From Verrucomicrobiales bacterium (GTDB lineage: Bacteria > Verrucomicrobiota > Verrucomicrobiia > Verrucomicrobiales > SLCJ01): 17,791 nt of DNA. The stretch spans positions 1 to 17,791 of the forward strand of contig JBJTQJ010000006.1 in assembly GCA_046075565.1 (NCBI GenBank), in the 5' to 3' direction. Shown piece by piece: positions 15,608 to 17,791 of this stretch (position 1 is its first letter; every line of letters starts with the position of its first letter). Under the pieces are notes generated by a model. The model was given only the letters and a program-made list of their open reading frames with translations, did no database searches and had not been told where the DNA came from. The translations under genes and the position numbers were made by a program.

Positions 15608-16752
15608 ATACCACGCCCGACGGCCACTTGCCATTCTGCCGACCCCACAAGAGCGGGAAAGAATTGGAGTATATTCGACAATGTCTGGACTCCGGCCATC
15701 TCGCCGGCGACGCGGCCTTCACCAAGGCCTGCCACCGCTGGCTGGAGGAAAAAACCGGCGCAGCCAAGGCGCTGATGACCACATCCTGCACGGCCGCCCT
15801 GGAAATGTGCTCCATTCTTCTGGAAGTGGGCCGCGATACCGAGGTCATTGTGCCATCCTTCACCTTCGTATCCTCCGCCAATGCCTTCGCCCTTTTTGGA
15901 GCGAACATCCGTTTTGCGGATGTGCGGGAAGACACCCTGACCATCGATTGGGAAACCGTGGAGCCGCATCTGACCGACCGCACCCGCTCGGTCGTGCTGG
16001 TGCATTACGCCGGCATCACGAGCGACCCCGATGTGCTCGCGCACAAACTGGCCGAACGCGGCATCCCCCTGGTTGAAGACAACGCCCACGGTTTGCTTGG
16101 CACCTGGGACGGCAAACCTTTGGGAAGTTTCGGGGCACTGGCGACGCAGAGTTTCCACGAATCGAAGAATTTCTCCTGCGGGGAGGGGGGTGCCTTGCTT
16201 GTCAACGACACCCAATATCAGGCGCGCGCCGAGATCCTGCGTGAGAAAGGCACGAACCGGAGCGCATTTTTCCGCCGCGAAATCGGCAAATACTCGTGGG
16301 TGGATGTCGGATCCAGTTATCTTGCCTCGGATGTGCTGGCCGCCCTATTGCTCGCGCAATTCGAGGAAGCGGATGTGATCCAACAACGACGCCACGCGAT
16401 TTGGCAGCGTTACCATGATTCACTCGGCGCATGGGCCGCCGCCAACGGAGTGCGCCTTCCCCATGTCCCCGCGAAGTCGGGGCCCTCATGGCACCTCTTC
16501 CAGATGATCCTGCCGGATACGGAAACGCGCGAAAGAGCCATCCTCTGGTTCCGCCAAGCGGGTATTGAAGTGTATTTCCATTATCTTCCTTTGCACTTGT
16601 CCCCGATGGGGCAGCAACATGGCGGCCGCGAGGGCCAGTGCCCGGTCTCCGAGAAGACCGCGCAATGCCTGTTGCGCCTGCCGCTTTATCCCGGCCTCTC
16701 CGATGCGGATCAGGAACGCGTGATCGCCCGCCTGCTCGACTTCAAGTGCTGA
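15604..16752 (+). CDS. rffA: dTDP-4-amino-4,6-dideoxygalactose transaminase (DegT/DnrJ/EryC1/StrS family), 382 aa
   Basis: Motifs TTSCTAALEM, PSFTFVSSANAF, VHYAG, VEDNAHG and SFHESKN (PLP lysine). EKGTNRS and KYSWVDVGSSYL are characteristic of the WecE/RffA subfamily. Also FHYLPLH and LLRLPLY. Confidence 0.9.
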   Translation: MNTTPDGHLPFCRPHKSGKELEYIRQCLDSGHLAGDAAFTKACHRWLEEKTGAAKALMTTSCTAALEMCSILLEVGRDTEVIVPSFTFVSSANAFALFGANIRFADVREDTLTIDWETVEPHLTDRTRSVVLVHYAGITSDPDVLAHKLAERGIPLVEDNAHGLLGTWDGKPLGSFGALATQSFHESKNFSCGEGGALLVNDTQYQARAEILREKGTNRSAFFRREIGKYSWVDVGSSYLASDVLAALLLAQFEEADVIQQRRHAIWQRYHDSLGAWAAANGVRLPHVPAKSGPSWHLFQMILPDTETRERAILWFRQAGIEVYFHYLPLHLSPMGQQHGGREGQCPVSEKTAQCLLRLPLYPGLSDADQERVIARLLDFKC

Positions 16753-16885
16753 GCGGGACCCACGATCCAGTCAATAGGGAAAAGGAGCCCAGAGACATAA
16801 AGCTTTCCACAAAGGACGTATCCCAGTGGCGGGTAATTTTTTCCCACTCGTCCCGCTTCCGTGGAAGCCTCCCAAGGCTCAATTT

Positions 16886-17791
16886 CTACCCCACCACAGC
16901 TACCCGCAGGTCGCGCAGCACCCGCAGGTCTCCCCACTGACCATAGCGCATCGCCACTCCGGGCTTGCCAACCGGTTGCTCGGGATCTTTCACTTCTCCC
17001 ACGGCGGTCACCTCCTCCCGCGGTTCGGGCAACTTCCCCTTCTTCTGTCTTCTGTCTGGGAGCGAAGCGATCTTCTGTCTCCCACCCGTCAACCTCCTTA
17101 AAAACTCCTCGCTACCGATTGCCGCTCCGTCCACCAGATACCGCGACTTCAAGCGCAGCATCACCCGCAAAGGCAACCTCCCACCCCGCTTCCGCTCCTC
17201 CCAAACCTTCCGCGCATCAATTCCCACCCGCGTCTTCCATTCCCCCGTCCTCGGGTCCTGAATCTTCGGCTTCCTCTCCCCTCCGATTCCGGGTCCTCTG
17301 TCTTCTGTCTTCTCTTCCGTCCCCTGCTCAAACAAATACACCCGATACTCCGCCAACGCCCCCTTCAATCCCCTTTGCTTGCCCCACACCCGCAAGAGCC
17401 CTTTCGAGCTCTCCTTCTCTCCCACCAAGGCCCTCGCATACCCGCACCAGGCATACTCCGCCGGATCTTCAACCATGCCTGCTCTAACCGGATTCAAATC
17501 GATATACGCCGAAACGATCCGTGCCGCAGCACCCAACGTCGCCAGATCCTGGATCTCCACGGCCACGCTCCGGTAGCGCTCTTCCCACAACGTCCCCTTC
17601 CTGCGATTGCGACCATTATACCATCGGCTGAACCGCTGCTTTAACGACCGCATGAAAACCGCCAGGTCCCCCATGCGCTTGGTAAACCGCTCCAGATACT
17701 GCATCCGCGACGCCGCATCGGAACATTGCCCCAACACCCGCTGGATATCGGCCATCTCCGCCTTGCCGTAAATCAGCCGCAGCCGCCGCAG
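16886..17791 (-). mobile_element. Y1 (HUH) tyrosine transposase, RAYT/IS200-like, 5' end outside the window
   Basis: The frame stays open to the window edge (LRRLRLIYGKAEMADIQ...). Motifs FMRSLKQRFSRWYN, GTLWEERYRSV and YIDLNPVRAGMVEDPAEYAWCGY match the RAYT-type Y1 core. The HUH motif would lie upstream and is not visible. Confidence 0.85.

Noticed and set aside
15604-16752. Enterobacterial common antigen locus
   Set aside because: Only the WecE-type aminotransferase is present. No wecA, wecD, wecF, wzxE or wzyE is in the window.
16861-17487. Pro/Ser-rich plus-strand ORF of 208 aa
   Set aside because: Antisense to the transposase. Its composition simply reflects the C/T skew.

Overview
GC-rich bacterial DNA, probably from the PVC superphylum and most likely Verrucomicrobiota (inferred from the planctomycete-cytochrome/DUF1501 pair and the type of Y1 transposase). 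From left to right: a small ORF overlapping a pol-beta-superfamily nucleotidyltransferase (toxin-antitoxin-like pair); a minus-strand aguB-aguA pair (agmatine to putrescine) with a 144-bp palindromic element built of 10-nt units between the genes; a GT-C-fold membrane glycosyltransferase; a minus-strand operon of PSCyt1/DUF1549/LamG/DUF1553 cytochrome c protein, Tat-exported DUF1501 protein and a small lipoprotein; a plus-strand glycosylation operon (two GT-C-like membrane proteins, a GT2 polyprenol-phosphate glycosyltransferase, a SAM methyltransferase and a WecE/RffA aminotransferase); and a 5'-truncated RAYT/IS200-like Y1 transposase. The best candidate for an undescribed system is the ArnB/ArnC/ArnT-like lipid-linked amino-sugar transfer pathway, which has a methyltransferase and several GT-C enzymes. 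All calls come from motif recognition by eye; no searches were run.
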